From: a virus
Taxonomy: Duplodnaviria; Caudoviricetes
Strand: one strand, 5' to 3'
Virus record (IMG/VR): IMGVR_UViG_3300033757_000347
DNA: 64,000 nucleotides
Below the pieces are notes generated by a model, which worked only from the letters and a program-made list of their open reading frames with translations, was not told the DNA's origin and did not search any database. A program made the position numbers and the translations under genes. Shown here one piece after another: positions 49,687 to 60,841 of this stretch (position 1 is the stretch's first letter; each line of letters opens with the position of its first letter).

Positions 49687-50775
49687 TTACATGTCGGCCA
49701 GAAGGTCGTCAAGGTCGGTGCTCTTAGCACCGGTCTTTCCCTTTCCAGTTGTAGCTGGAGGTGCAGTTGGAGCTTCTTCCTGTTCAGGCTCGCCCAAATC
49801 TTCTGGGCTGCTGTCTGGTTCGTCCAATTCTACCGAGATAGACTGACTTTTTGACTGAGGCGCTGGCGCCGGAGTGAATTCGAGATCCTCACCAGCTGGA
49901 GCAGTACGCTTCATTGCCGGTTTTGTGGAAGTGAAGAGTTTCTTCATCTTCTCGTCTCTTAAACCTGCTACCAGGTTATCGATGATCTGCTTGTACGGAA
50001 CGATTGCTTTGATGAACTCTGCTATCTTCACGTATTCCTCTTCGGTCCATTCCTTTAGGAAGTACTGACTGAGGTCAGGCGAATTTTCGAGAAGGAACTT
50101 CTTGGTGAAATTCATCACCTTCGGATCCGATGATACTGGGATTTCCTTGCCGTTGTGAGAGATGATCAGCGGACTGACTTCTTTCATAAACTTGCTGGAC
50201 GCGTAGTCTCTCCACGATTTGGTCTTACGCTTTACGACGAGAACGAAGTCCTTACCCTCGGTGAGAGAGTAAGGGTTGATCGACTGCTCGACGACAAGCT
50301 CCGATTCTGGGTGAAGTTCCTGCTGGATGAGGTTATCGATACTGTAACCGAAAGAGTAAACTTTGATCTTTCCTTCGAGATTTTCGAACTGCGGATCTCT
50401 CTTGATGTAGATGCAAGAGAAGTAGTTGTAGTAACGGTTAAAGTACTTTTTGATTTCCTCAACTATCTGAGGTTCCGATTCCTTTAGGTTCTTGAGTTCG
50501 AGGTCAAGAGACCACAGGATTGATGGTGCTCCGGTCGTGGACGGGCAGTCAACGAAAATTTTCTCGTTGGTTAACGGGTTCTGAAGTTTTGCTGAGTACT
50601 TCTTGTACTTGCTCTTTGCCGGGTCTTGTGCCCAAGGAATGAAACGAATGATTGATTTGTAAACGCCGTTCTGTCCTTGATCTGGTCCTGGGTTGTAAAG
50701 GTTTTCGTCAACTTTTCGAGTGCCTCCTGATTTACCGGTAAAATCGTCTGGATTAAGATTAAAAAGGTCTTCCAT
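49687..50775 (-). CDS. single-stranded DNA-binding protein (gp32-like)
   Basis: IIRFIP, DP...EGKIKVY, P...EGKDF, Y..SKF and an acidic tail ending DLDDLLADM. Confidence 0.85.
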   Translation of the reverse strand: MEDLFNLNPDDFTGKSGGTRKVDENLYNPGPDQGQNGVYKSIIRFIPWAQDPAKSKYKKYSAKLQNPLTNEKIFVDCPSTTGAPSILWSLDLELKNLKESEPQIVEEIKKYFNRYYNYFSCIYIKRDPQFENLEGKIKVYSFGYSIDNLIQQELHPESELVVEQSINPYSLTEGKDFVLVVKRKTKSWRDYASSKFMKEVSPLIISHNGKEIPVSSDPKVMNFTKKFLLENSPDLSQYFLKEWTEEEYVKIAEFIKAIVPYKQIIDNLVAGLRDEKMKKLFTSTKPAMKRTAPAGEDLEFTPAPAPQSKSQSISVELDEPDSSPEDLGEPEQEEAPTAPPATTGKGKTGAKSTDLDDLLADM

Positions 50776-50912
50776 TTTTCAAATGTGATTTTTTAAGGGT
50801 GTTATTTTTACTTATTCTTTTTACAAGAAAGACGCCAAAAGTTTCACAAAAAATGGGCAAAAGTTTTCACTTCTGCCCATTCAGATTAAAGAAAGGAGGT
50901 ACTTTGATTCGC

Positions 50913-51098
50913 TTACTGTTTAGCGGAAGCCTTCACATTCTGAATGTCGTTGCGACCTTCCTGGGAAAGATGTTTAATGTCCTGCAGAAGCTTGCGGGCG
51001 CGGGTGCCGGCTGAGTTGTTTCCCTTGTTGTAGAATTTGTTGTGCTCAACTTCGAGTTCGCTGACCGCGGTTTTGATTTGTTCTAACCAATTTGCCAT
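50913..51098 (-). CDS. histone H1-like (Hc1-family) small protein
   Basis: KFYNKGNNSAGTRARKLLQDIK...R motif. Confidence 0.8.
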   Translation of the reverse strand: MANWLEQIKTAVSELEVEHNKFYNKGNNSAGTRARKLLQDIKHLSQEGRNDIQNVKASAKQ

Positions 51099-51155
51099 GT
51101 TCTTGTTGTTTATTTTAAGGATTTGGATTATTATATTTGTGAAAAGCGATCGGTT

Positions 51156-51887
51156 TTAAAGAATCCGATACTTTTTGCTTATTTTTGTTTCCGGGAAGTG
51201 TTTTACCGTGAATTTTACCCATCGGTCGATGACCTCTTCCATTTCCTCGGCCGTGATCAATCCTGAATCTTTGATCGGCGAAAGGTAGGTTTCGAACTCA
51301 ACGTCTACTGGTATGCCCTTCTTGTCGGAGGATAACCTCATTCCTGAAACCATTGCTGGGATTTCATCCGGTAAAAGAAAATACTTGTAGGAGGATTCGG
51401 ATTCCTTTCTGTTCTTGTCTACCTCCGGCCCTGAGTGATTTTTCTGCTTGTTCTGTCCCTTCTGAAGAAGGTGTTCAAGCTCGTGTCTAACGCAGTCCAA
51501 AAGACGAAAGTACAAGAGTTTGTGAGATTCTGGTTCTTTGGAAGGATCGATGACTATGTTTATTTCTATTTCCGGATCGGGAGCGTGATCCTCGTAAAAT
51601 ATGTAAGACCTAGCGTCTATCGCGAAACCATTTTTGTTAAAGTTTTCTTTTTCCCAAGGAACGCTGTAAAATGTTCGACTTTTACTGGGTTCGAAAGTCT
51701 TGCTTCTAGCGACAGTTATCGTTAGCAAAAATGTCGCAGGATCGACGTACTCAATAGTCCTAGCGATCCTGCCTTTGAAAGCTTCGGCTTTTTTGGACGT
51801 GATGAGTTTCATCAAAGTGTTGGCGATTTCTTCAGAAAAGGAATCGTATTTTGACTCGTACACGAACCGCAAAAAATCCTTTATCAT
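51156..51887 (-). CDS. HExxH zincin-like protein
   Basis: RHELEH with a downstream YFLLPDEIPA Glu. N-terminal FLRFVYE motif. Confidence 0.6.
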   Translation of the reverse strand: MIKDFLRFVYESKYDSFSEEIANTLMKLITSKKAEAFKGRIARTIEYVDPATFLLTITVARSKTFEPSKSRTFYSVPWEKENFNKNGFAIDARSYIFYEDHAPDPEIEINIVIDPSKEPESHKLLYFRLLDCVRHELEHLLQKGQNKQKNHSGPEVDKNRKESESSYKYFLLPDEIPAMVSGMRLSSDKKGIPVDVEFETYLSPIKDSGLITAEEMEEVIDRWVKFTVKHFPETKISKKYRIL

Positions 51888-52432
51888 TTTTTCGATGACC
51901 GAAGGAACACAACGTTCAGATCGTCAGTTGACGGATTGTCAAAATCCGTTTCGGAATCGAAGGTAATGTCGATCGGTCCCTTATCCGTTCCAAGAGTTCC
52001 GTCCATCACTTCTCTTTTGAAGTCTGAGTAAACGTTAGATGGCATGGGCCGCTTTCCGTTGAGTGCAGCTTTCACCAGTTCAGCGTTTTCCTCATCCTTG
52101 TGAGTGGTTAACCACTTTTCTAGCTCTTCCTGAGATACTTCGTAAACGGTGAATCGCTTGACTCCACCGTCCTTATCGAACTCACCGTGCCACTTTTTCT
52201 GAGGAGCATCCTGTATAAAAACAAAACGCAAACCAGTTGGCTCAGTTGGAGCTGGAGCTGGAGCATTCGGATCAGGAGGCAAAGTAGAAGAACCTGCTCC
52301 AAAATCTGCCGGAGGAGGCGGAGGTGTGTCGACCGCTGGTGAAGGTGGTGGCGGAGGAGCCCCAGCACCAAGTTCATCCTGTTCAAGTATCAGTATGGAC
52401 TTTCTAAATTCGTCAAAGCTGAGAATTTCCAT
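51884..52432 (-). CDS. Pro-rich hypothetical protein
   Basis: N-terminal SFDEF motif and poly-Pro segments. Follows TAATAAATA on the minus strand. Confidence 0.7.
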   Translation of the reverse strand: MEILSFDEFRKSILILEQDELGAGAPPPPPSPAVDTPPPPPADFGAGSSTLPPDPNAPAPAPTEPTGLRFVFIQDAPQKKWHGEFDKDGGVKRFTVYEVSQEELEKWLTTHKDEENAELVKAALNGKRPMPSNVYSDFKREVMDGTLGTDKGPIDITFDSETDFDNPSTDDLNVVFLRSSKK

Positions 52433-52463
52433 GGTAAAATGTCTTTTTCTGATACTATTTATT

Positions 52464-52492
52464 AAAAAACGGGAAGGATTTCTCCTTCCCGT
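52464..52492 (-). terminator. intrinsic terminator
   Basis: ACGGGAAGGA-gaaa-TCCTTCCCGT followed by a T run on the minus strand. Confidence 0.7.
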
Positions 52493-52649
52493 CTTAGGCC
52501 TAAGTATTCAAAATCGGATATGAGTGCTAGGTTCTTGACGAAAGTTAAGCTTGAAAATGTTCTAAATTGACTAGCTAGTTCGTCAACAAACTTGGTTTGT
52601 CTGAATGACTCATACCTTTAGATTATCTATCTAAGGATGAGTCAGAATA

Positions 52650-53831
52650 TTAGATGTCAATGAAGTCCAGCTTCAAGTTTTTGCGGATGGTGTCAACTCT
52701 GGTGATGGTGACATTTCCTGAGTTAGGTATTCGAATCTTACCTTTAAGGTGACTTACGTCAGTCCGGAACGTTGAATCCTCGTCAGGCATGTCCACTTCA
52801 ATGCGAAAGTCTGACTTATCGAGGACGTACCTGAGAGTCTTACCTTCGATCCTGGTCTTGAAGTCTTGCCATGCAAGCTTGTCCTTGTCAACTTTGCTTA
52901 GAGTGTCGGTGAGGATTATCCTCAGCTCACCTTTTTTGATGACGATGTCCTTTACGTACACGTCAATTTCAGGACCAGTCAGGTTTGAGCAGAACTTTTC
53001 GTAATCTGCGAATTCTGTCTGGTGAAGAAGTCCGGTGAAGTAACCGTTGATTTCGACGAAGATGCCGAAAGCGTACGGATCGTTGGTCATCACCCCAGTG
53101 TACTTCTTTCCGAATTCAAGTTCGTGAATTCTCTGAGGCAGAGTGTGTTTAACGTACTTTTTGTACGAAACGATGTACAAGTCGTTTGCTGCATCGTAAT
53201 TTTCGATCATGACTGGGATTTCCTTGTTCAGGTACTCGTCAAAATCTTTTATCACGTTAGCGGCAGCATGCGAACCTGGGAGGAAGCACTTGATGTTTCC
53301 CTTGTAGAGAGCAAGGTAACCGCCCTTTACGAGGCTAACGATCTTCACGATGAACCATTTGTCGCCTTTCATGAAATCGTTCAGGTGTTCGCGGTGAGTT
53401 AGAGTAGCGGTCTGTTTCTCCGAACCGTAATAGTCTCCGGAGTTTGCTTTGGTGATGATCACTCTGAATTCACGAGCAGATTCGTCTTTCAGAAGTACCT
53501 CAGGATCCTCGGAGTATTCCCGGAAAGGAACGACTACGCTGGTCTTTGAATACTTCTCTTCGGTCTGAATCATTTTGTTCGTAAAGTCGATCGTTTTTGC
53601 AACGACCACACACATCTGACCTTCCGAAAAGTCCTTCGACCATATCTCGTTAGTGACACCATTGTTCACGTAGAGATTGTACAGCTCCTGAGCGTACGGT
53701 TCCTTGCAAAAGATCCTAACTCGAGCTTTGCTGTCTCCGTCGATAAGGTTTAAGGTTTCGTTGAATTTTGTAGTCGGCTGGTTGAGAACGTCCGATCCTG
53801 GAACGGTAATGTCAACTAATTTTAAGCTCAT
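52650..53831 (-). CDS. ribosomal protein S1-like multi-OB protein
   Basis: KGGYL...CFLPGS...IVSYKKY and GIFVEI...TGLLHQTE S1 repeats. The start was moved to ATG 53831, downstream of a promoter motif. Confidence 0.8.
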   Translation of the reverse strand: MSLKLVDITVPGSDVLNQPTTKFNETLNLIDGDSKARVRIFCKEPYAQELYNLYVNNGVTNEIWSKDFSEGQMCVVVAKTIDFTNKMIQTEEKYSKTSVVVPFREYSEDPEVLLKDESAREFRVIITKANSGDYYGSEKQTATLTHREHLNDFMKGDKWFIVKIVSLVKGGYLALYKGNIKCFLPGSHAAANVIKDFDEYLNKEIPVMIENYDAANDLYIVSYKKYVKHTLPQRIHELEFGKKYTGVMTNDPYAFGIFVEINGYFTGLLHQTEFADYEKFCSNLTGPEIDVYVKDIVIKKGELRIILTDTLSKVDKDKLAWQDFKTRIEGKTLRYVLDKSDFRIEVDMPDEDSTFRTDVSHLKGKIRIPNSGNVTITRVDTIRKNLKLDFIDI

Positions 53832-53906
53832 GTTTGCGTTATTAAAGGATAACTCTTTCTTATTATACGGAGAACACACCTATGGTTTTTACCGGCCTCA
53901 AATTTT

Positions 53907-56900
53907 TTACATCATGTGAGGGGTAAGGTGATTTATCGGAAAGGTTGGAGAGTACGGTAAGACCGCTGGAGTTTTCGTTTGAAATATCAGAGAACCAGTT
54001 GCATAGATCGAACCTCTCCAAGCTATTTCGTCCAAGAAAATAGCAAACAGCGGATTTTTGTGAGTCAGCCTCTCCCAAGGCGGGAGGTCGTCCATGTTCA
54101 TGATTGGATGAATCAGCCTAGCTCCTGCAACAGTTATGTAGTTTGTTACTGGATTGCCCAAAGCGCACAGAGCTAGAACGCCGATCCAAGCGATCTGTTT
54201 TAGAACAGGTTCGATCGCTTCCAGCGCAGGTATCACGGTCAACTGAATGAGGTTGAACGCATCTGGGCTTATTATTTTCAGCTTTACCGAATTTGGGATA
54301 GCTGCATCTATCGCGATTTTCGCCAGTTTCAATATGGTTATCAACGGTAAAGCAGCCTCGACTATGTTGAAACTGTAACTGTTTAACGAGAGTGAAAGTT
54401 TCGATAGAAGGTCTACCACGGCTTTTAACGGAGCAACGATCATGTCAAAAACCGAATTCATGAGGGTTCTAACGAACTCGATTATGTCTGCTCCGGTTAT
54501 CAGGTGAAAATACCCGTAAAGATCAAGTGCAAGAAGAGGAAACGCAGCTAGGTTTACGATAGTACCGTCGGACAGACTTAGCGAAACTTTAAAAACAGGT
54601 GAATCTGTAGAAGATTTTTCGCCTGTCGCTGGATCTGTGAACACGTATTTTTGCCCAACTGGCGTGTTTGTTTCGTCAACCGTGACAGAAACAGTTGTTC
54701 CGAATCCGCAGGATGCAGAAAATACTTGCTTAGCAGATTCTTTATCTGCCTCCGACACTCCAAAAACTCCCTTTTGATCCTTAACTGGAACGGTCGGTGG
54801 GTCGGTAGGCGGAACCATCGAATCGGTCGTTCCACCAGCCTCTTCTTTGGCCTTTCGGTAGGAATCAGCAGCTTCGTCAATAAGAGAAAAGGTCGCAGTT
54901 ATTAGAGCAGCAATAAGAGACTTTAGAAGAGGTTTCAGTATTGGGTCCAATGGAATAGTTATGGAAATCGAAGGTGGCTGCAAAGGGTTGAAAGCCTTTG
55001 GAATCGAAATAAGAGAAAGAACTGGAACCAAGAACGATTGGATAAGAAGAAGAAGGTTGGCTGGGTCGGGTAGAGAAACGTTCGGTATCACGGAAATAAG
55101 GCTATCAAAAAGAGTCGTTAGGAACGACGCAGATACTTGCTTTCCTGATATTCCAAGAAATCCGATTATGCTATCAACTGTCAACCCATCGATGATTGCT
55201 TGCATCAACGCAGAAAGAACTGCGAACGCCATAGCTACTTCTGGTGGAACTCCGGAAAAAACTGGTTGCGATGAAATCTCGCAGCACTTTTTAGAAAAAT
55301 TGAACAGCGTTATCTTTGGCGGATTCAGCAGAGCAACCGCTGTGAAAGCTAAAGCATCTCTAGCTAATTCTTGAAGGTTGCGGTTAGCTATCATCATTTC
55401 CTTTGCCTCGTCCTCATCTTTAGCTTGAGAAAGGTCAAAGTTGACTGGATCGCCCTTTAAGTACTTTATCGTTTCCTGGACCATGTTGTTTAAGGAATCC
55501 TTAAGAGCGTCCAGATCTTCCTGCAATTCCAAGTTAAACGACGGTTTGGTTACCGCGCTGTTCATGTTTATCTTTGCAACTGCCTTTTTCATCTGAGCGT
55601 TTAAACTCTTAGCACTTTCCTCAACTTTAAAGTCTCCCAACGAAGCCATCGTTATCAGATCGATGATAGCTGTGATCGCTTCCGGTATTCCCGGGTTGTT
55701 CTTTGTTGAGTCCTTCGGAAATCGTATCGTCCCGAATTTGATGTTGTCAATGTGCTTGTTAAAATCATCGACTGTCGAATTTATCTTCTGCTGTATCGTT
55801 ATCGTGTTAAGCGACCTAGCTGCTTTTTTGTCTTTTCTCTTCTTGGCTAGGTTCTTTTCCGTTTCAGCCTCAGCTAAAGCTTCGGACCTAGCATTTCTCT
55901 GCTCTTCTCGAAGACCGTTCACCGATTCGGTTTGCATGTTTCCCAACTTGTCAAGCTGCTTGTTCAACGTGGCTTTGAGACGATCCAACTGCCTATCGAA
56001 TTCCTTTGATGGGTCTGCATCAACTATGTTTTTCATCATCTCAGTCTCGCTTATGTAGTACTTCGCATAATCGTCGCTGCTCATGTCAAACGGAAGCTGC
56101 TCTCCGTTTATGTTTGTGACGGTCGGCTGTTTTCCGCTGGCTATGTCGATCGCTAGTTTTGCGAGTCGAGTAGCTTTAGAGGATGCGGCTGATATGGCTA
56201 GAGGTTGAGTGAATGCTCCCTTTATTGGGTAGCCTTTGTAAGAATTGCTAGGGTTAAGGCCCAACGGATTTTGAGAATTTGACGATGTGTCTAGTTCGTA
56301 GCCGAACACTAAGTTTTTGGTGTTGCTCCAAAGCAAAGGAATGTTTACAGCTAACGGCAAGTACTTCGTACCATCTGGAGCAAAGTAGAACAGGTAGATC
56401 GAAGGTAAAGGTATGCCGATTGGAGCAATCGGCATGGTCAAGAAGCATATCAGAGTACCCACCGCGGTCGGTATGACGAAAAGTGGTTTCCAAATGGGTG
56501 GTACGGTTAAAAGAACTAGAGCTGGACCGGCTGGGATAACGCAGTTCACCGGCCAGTACCTAAATCCCAAGTTCGCAGGTGGCGGTCCGCTAAGATCCGG
56601 AAAAGGAAGCAGGCAGATTTTGTTCAGGGCCTTTGCAAACTCCTTCCAATAACACTGAGAACCGATATCCGGTAGGCCAAAGTTTATCTCCCCAAGAGTT
56701 CTAAGGTACAACGGATCGGTTCCAAGCTTTTTCTTAGTCTCGTCTTCACACCCAGGATCTGATTCTGGAACGATTGTGCCGGCTTTTGTGAAACACGGTA
56801 TGCCAAGGATCTTCTTTTTAGTAGCTTCCTCGTCCATGACGTTTTCCTTGATCAAATCATCCAACTTTTTCAACTGATCGTCGCAGTCCAAAATGAGCTG

Positions 56901-58070
56901 TTCTATCTCTGACTTAGCGCTCGAATAAAAATTAAGTATGACAGTGCTTCCCATGTTAGGGGATTTGCGAAAGACGTCTGCCGCTTCCCTTATAGCAAGA
57001 GCTTGAATGGCTTGAACGCTAGAAGAGATGACAGTTGGATAAATTTCTTCCTTTTCCTTCTTCACTCTCTTCGGGTACTCATCCTTCAAGCTATCGTAAA
57101 AAGATTCGTAAGTTGCTTGATTCTGAATGTAGTAGGTCGTCTCTCCTTCGCTTACCGAGGTCGGAGCGTCCTTTATTTCTTTGAGCTGAGGATCTATTAA
57201 GCTCTCGTCAACCGTCAACCCACGTTCATCCAGGGTGAAAAGGTACGATAATGGTTTAGACATCTTTCTGTACAGCCCTGGGTAACTATCAGGTGGGTTT
57301 CCGTTGTACAAAAAGCCAGGTAGACTATCGTAATCCGATATTTCCTTTGGTGGATTGCTTGACTTGTTAGGATCGTAAGCATCCTGGTTAACTAAGCTAA
57401 AAACTCTCTTTACTCCGAATAGGTCCTTTGTGAGAAACGGACTGTCAAATATTTGAACGGCAGTTTCCACAAGTTGGTTGGTTTCTGGATCTGGCAGCTT
57501 TACTGTTACGCCAGTCAAGCCAATAAGGCGAAGAGCAAACGTTGCTGTTCTACTAGGAACGGCCGGCGTTGCCTGGTTAGAAAAGTAAGCTATGAGCTGG
57601 CCTGTTATTTTTGAAGTAGCAGATTGAATAAGGTTAGATGTTTCGGTGTCAGCAGCAGGAAGAGCTTCTATCGATTGTATCTTCTGGTTGGCTTTGGCTA
57701 TTCCTTCTTTTACAAGCGTGTCGATAACTTCTCCTAGGAACCTGTGCCTAGCTTCGTAGTAAATTTTGACAGTGTCTAAATTGTCCCTAAGTTCCTGAAC
57801 TTTTGCTCGTAAGATTCCCTGCTTCATTCCGTCCAGAAGCTTTCCTTGCTGGTCCTCTAGCATCTTCTGAAGTTCCAAGATAGCAGACGGAAGACAATCC
57901 ATCTGAGAGGTATCGATGCTGAGATCTGCGGAAACTTCGACCGTTTCGATAGGTTTTACCTGATCTATGCAAGCTTTTACTTGGTCGAACTCTTCGTCGG
58001 TGAATCCCAAACTTGGAGATGTCCCGCACCTTACTGCATCTATCAGGCTCTTGTAGTCAGAAAGTTCCAT
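53907..58070 (-). CDS. large hypothetical protein with coiled coils and hydrophobic Pro-rich segments
   Basis: 1387 aa ORF with no recognisable catalytic motif. Confidence 0.75.
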   Translation of the reverse strand: MELSDYKSLIDAVRCGTSPSLGFTDEEFDQVKACIDQVKPIETVEVSADLSIDTSQMDCLPSAILELQKMLEDQQGKLLDGMKQGILRAKVQELRDNLDTVKIYYEARHRFLGEVIDTLVKEGIAKANQKIQSIEALPAADTETSNLIQSATSKITGQLIAYFSNQATPAVPSRTATFALRLIGLTGVTVKLPDPETNQLVETAVQIFDSPFLTKDLFGVKRVFSLVNQDAYDPNKSSNPPKEISDYDSLPGFLYNGNPPDSYPGLYRKMSKPLSYLFTLDERGLTVDESLIDPQLKEIKDAPTSVSEGETTYYIQNQATYESFYDSLKDEYPKRVKKEKEEIYPTVISSSVQAIQALAIREAADVFRKSPNMGSTVILNFYSSAKSEIEQLILDCDDQLKKLDDLIKENVMDEEATKKKILGIPCFTKAGTIVPESDPGCEDETKKKLGTDPLYLRTLGEINFGLPDIGSQCYWKEFAKALNKICLLPFPDLSGPPPANLGFRYWPVNCVIPAGPALVLLTVPPIWKPLFVIPTAVGTLICFLTMPIAPIGIPLPSIYLFYFAPDGTKYLPLAVNIPLLWSNTKNLVFGYELDTSSNSQNPLGLNPSNSYKGYPIKGAFTQPLAISAASSKATRLAKLAIDIASGKQPTVTNINGEQLPFDMSSDDYAKYYISETEMMKNIVDADPSKEFDRQLDRLKATLNKQLDKLGNMQTESVNGLREEQRNARSEALAEAETEKNLAKKRKDKKAARSLNTITIQQKINSTVDDFNKHIDNIKFGTIRFPKDSTKNNPGIPEAITAIIDLITMASLGDFKVEESAKSLNAQMKKAVAKINMNSAVTKPSFNLELQEDLDALKDSLNNMVQETIKYLKGDPVNFDLSQAKDEDEAKEMMIANRNLQELARDALAFTAVALLNPPKITLFNFSKKCCEISSQPVFSGVPPEVAMAFAVLSALMQAIIDGLTVDSIIGFLGISGKQVSASFLTTLFDSLISVIPNVSLPDPANLLLLIQSFLVPVLSLISIPKAFNPLQPPSISITIPLDPILKPLLKSLIAALITATFSLIDEAADSYRKAKEEAGGTTDSMVPPTDPPTVPVKDQKGVFGVSEADKESAKQVFSASCGFGTTVSVTVDETNTPVGQKYVFTDPATGEKSSTDSPVFKVSLSLSDGTIVNLAAFPLLALDLYGYFHLITGADIIEFVRTLMNSVFDMIVAPLKAVVDLLSKLSLSLNSYSFNIVEAALPLITILKLAKIAIDAAIPNSVKLKIISPDAFNLIQLTVIPALEAIEPVLKQIAWIGVLALCALGNPVTNYITVAGARLIHPIMNMDDLPPWERLTHKNPLFAIFLDEIAWRGSIYATGSLIFQTKTPAVLPYSPTFPINHLTPHMM

Positions 58071-58109
58071 CCAGCAAAATATCGTTTATTTTATCTATCG
58101 ATCGTCCCT

Positions 58110-58153
58110 AAAAAGCAAGTGCCTGGAACGGTTGCTCGCCCAGGCACTACTTG
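58110..58153 (-). terminator. terminator after groEL
   Basis: AGTGCCTGG...CCAGGCACT stem followed by a T run on the minus strand. Confidence 0.65.
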
Positions 58154-58168
58154 TCGATGGCTGTTGAC

Positions 58169-59797
<1,629 letters not shown>

Positions 59798-59843
59798 TTA
59801 ACCTATAGACAGCTGGAGCATTTCCAAGTCTTGGTATATGCTT

Positions 59844-60527
59844 GTTATGTGCCATTTTAAAGAGCGACACTGCTCTCAACTTCATTCCCCCAAACATCCC
59901 AACCTTCGTGCATTTCACGAGCAAATAATTCTATCTTGTTTTGTGTTGGAAACATTTGAAAAATCCTATTTCTTATTTCGTTTGGCTTGGCTGAATGCCT
60001 TGTTCTTTTTTCTGCCAAAAATTGCTTTATATTTCTTGCACCTCTTGGCGTTGGTATTTTTCCTTTTTTGCCTATCAAACAAACTTCGCATTCTGAAAGT
60101 GTATAAGAGCCAGGATTTGTTTTTTCTTTATACCACACAAAACCAATAGTGGAAAAATCAAAACCCCATTTATTCATTAAATCAATACCTATTTTTAAAA
60201 ATGGAGAAGTAACCCACATAAATAATAAGCAATCATTATCTGCTATTTCGTTTATTTTCATTTGTTCCATTTCTTTAATAGGCATTGCGTTATAGTGTAT
60301 ATCGGTTTTGCCGTTAATCATACTTTTTTTTGCAAGATGATTTGTCCCACATTGATACAACCACGGTGGGTCTGCATAAATTATTTGATATTTCTTCATA
60401 TTTCTAAATTAAATTCGTGAATAAAAAAACGGCACATAACAGCGTATATAAGAAATGGCACATAAACATTTGTGCTTAATTTCAACATTCTACAAGTGCC
60501 ACTTCTCATACACGCGGTACGATAACT
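59844..60527 (-). mobile_element. integron-like gene cassette with attC-type site(s)
   Basis: The gene is bracketed by GTTATGTGCC and GGCACATAAC. There is a long imperfect hairpin at 60431-60527 and a shorter degenerate one at ~59800-59853. Confidence 0.6.
59857..60399 (-). CDS. MT-A70 family adenine methyltransferase
   Basis: IIYADPPW, LFMW, HSAKP and KIELFAR motifs. AT-rich relative to neighbours. Confidence 0.9.
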   Translation of the reverse strand: MKKYQIIYADPPWLYQCGTNHLAKKSMINGKTDIHYNAMPIKEMEQMKINEIADNDCLLFMWVTSPFLKIGIDLMNKWGFDFSTIGFVWYKEKTNPGSYTLSECEVCLIGKKGKIPTPRGARNIKQFLAEKRTRHSAKPNEIRNRIFQMFPTQNKIELFAREMHEGWDVWGNEVESSVAL

Positions 60528-60834
60528 TTTCCTGCCTGTCTCGTTCCTCATCCGCGTAAACCTTTTCCATCAAGATGTGCGTGTACTTTCTTAATTCGTC
60601 GCTCGGCTCGATAAGAATGATGTTTTGGTTTTTTTCCGGCGGGATAACCGCTAATTTAACCACCGCACCAGCCGAACACTGTATCTCGTAAGTTCGCTTT
60701 CTGAGGTCTGCTAGTAAAAAAGCACTCTTCGCTGGATCGTGAACCCACGTGTTTAGCGGTAAAGCGCACAATCTACTCATTACGGCTTCCTCAACCGCTC
60801 GGGTGTTTGTTTTTTGGAAATGAGGTAGTGACAT
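60490..60834 (-). CDS. hypothetical protein (C-terminus runs into the attC-like hairpin)
   Basis: 114 aa ORF following the exonuclease gene. Confidence 0.55.
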   Translation of the reverse strand: MSLPHFQKTNTRAVEEAVMSRLCALPLNTWVHDPAKSAFLLADLRKRTYEIQCSAGAVVKLAVIPPEKNQNIILIEPSDELRKYTHILMEKVYADEERDRQEKLSYRVYEKWHL

Positions 60835-60841
60835 AGAACTG

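Noticed and set aside
52462-52620. Short open frame on the minus strand (SFRQTKFVDELASQF...)
   Set aside because: It has no clear start codon and overlaps a terminator.
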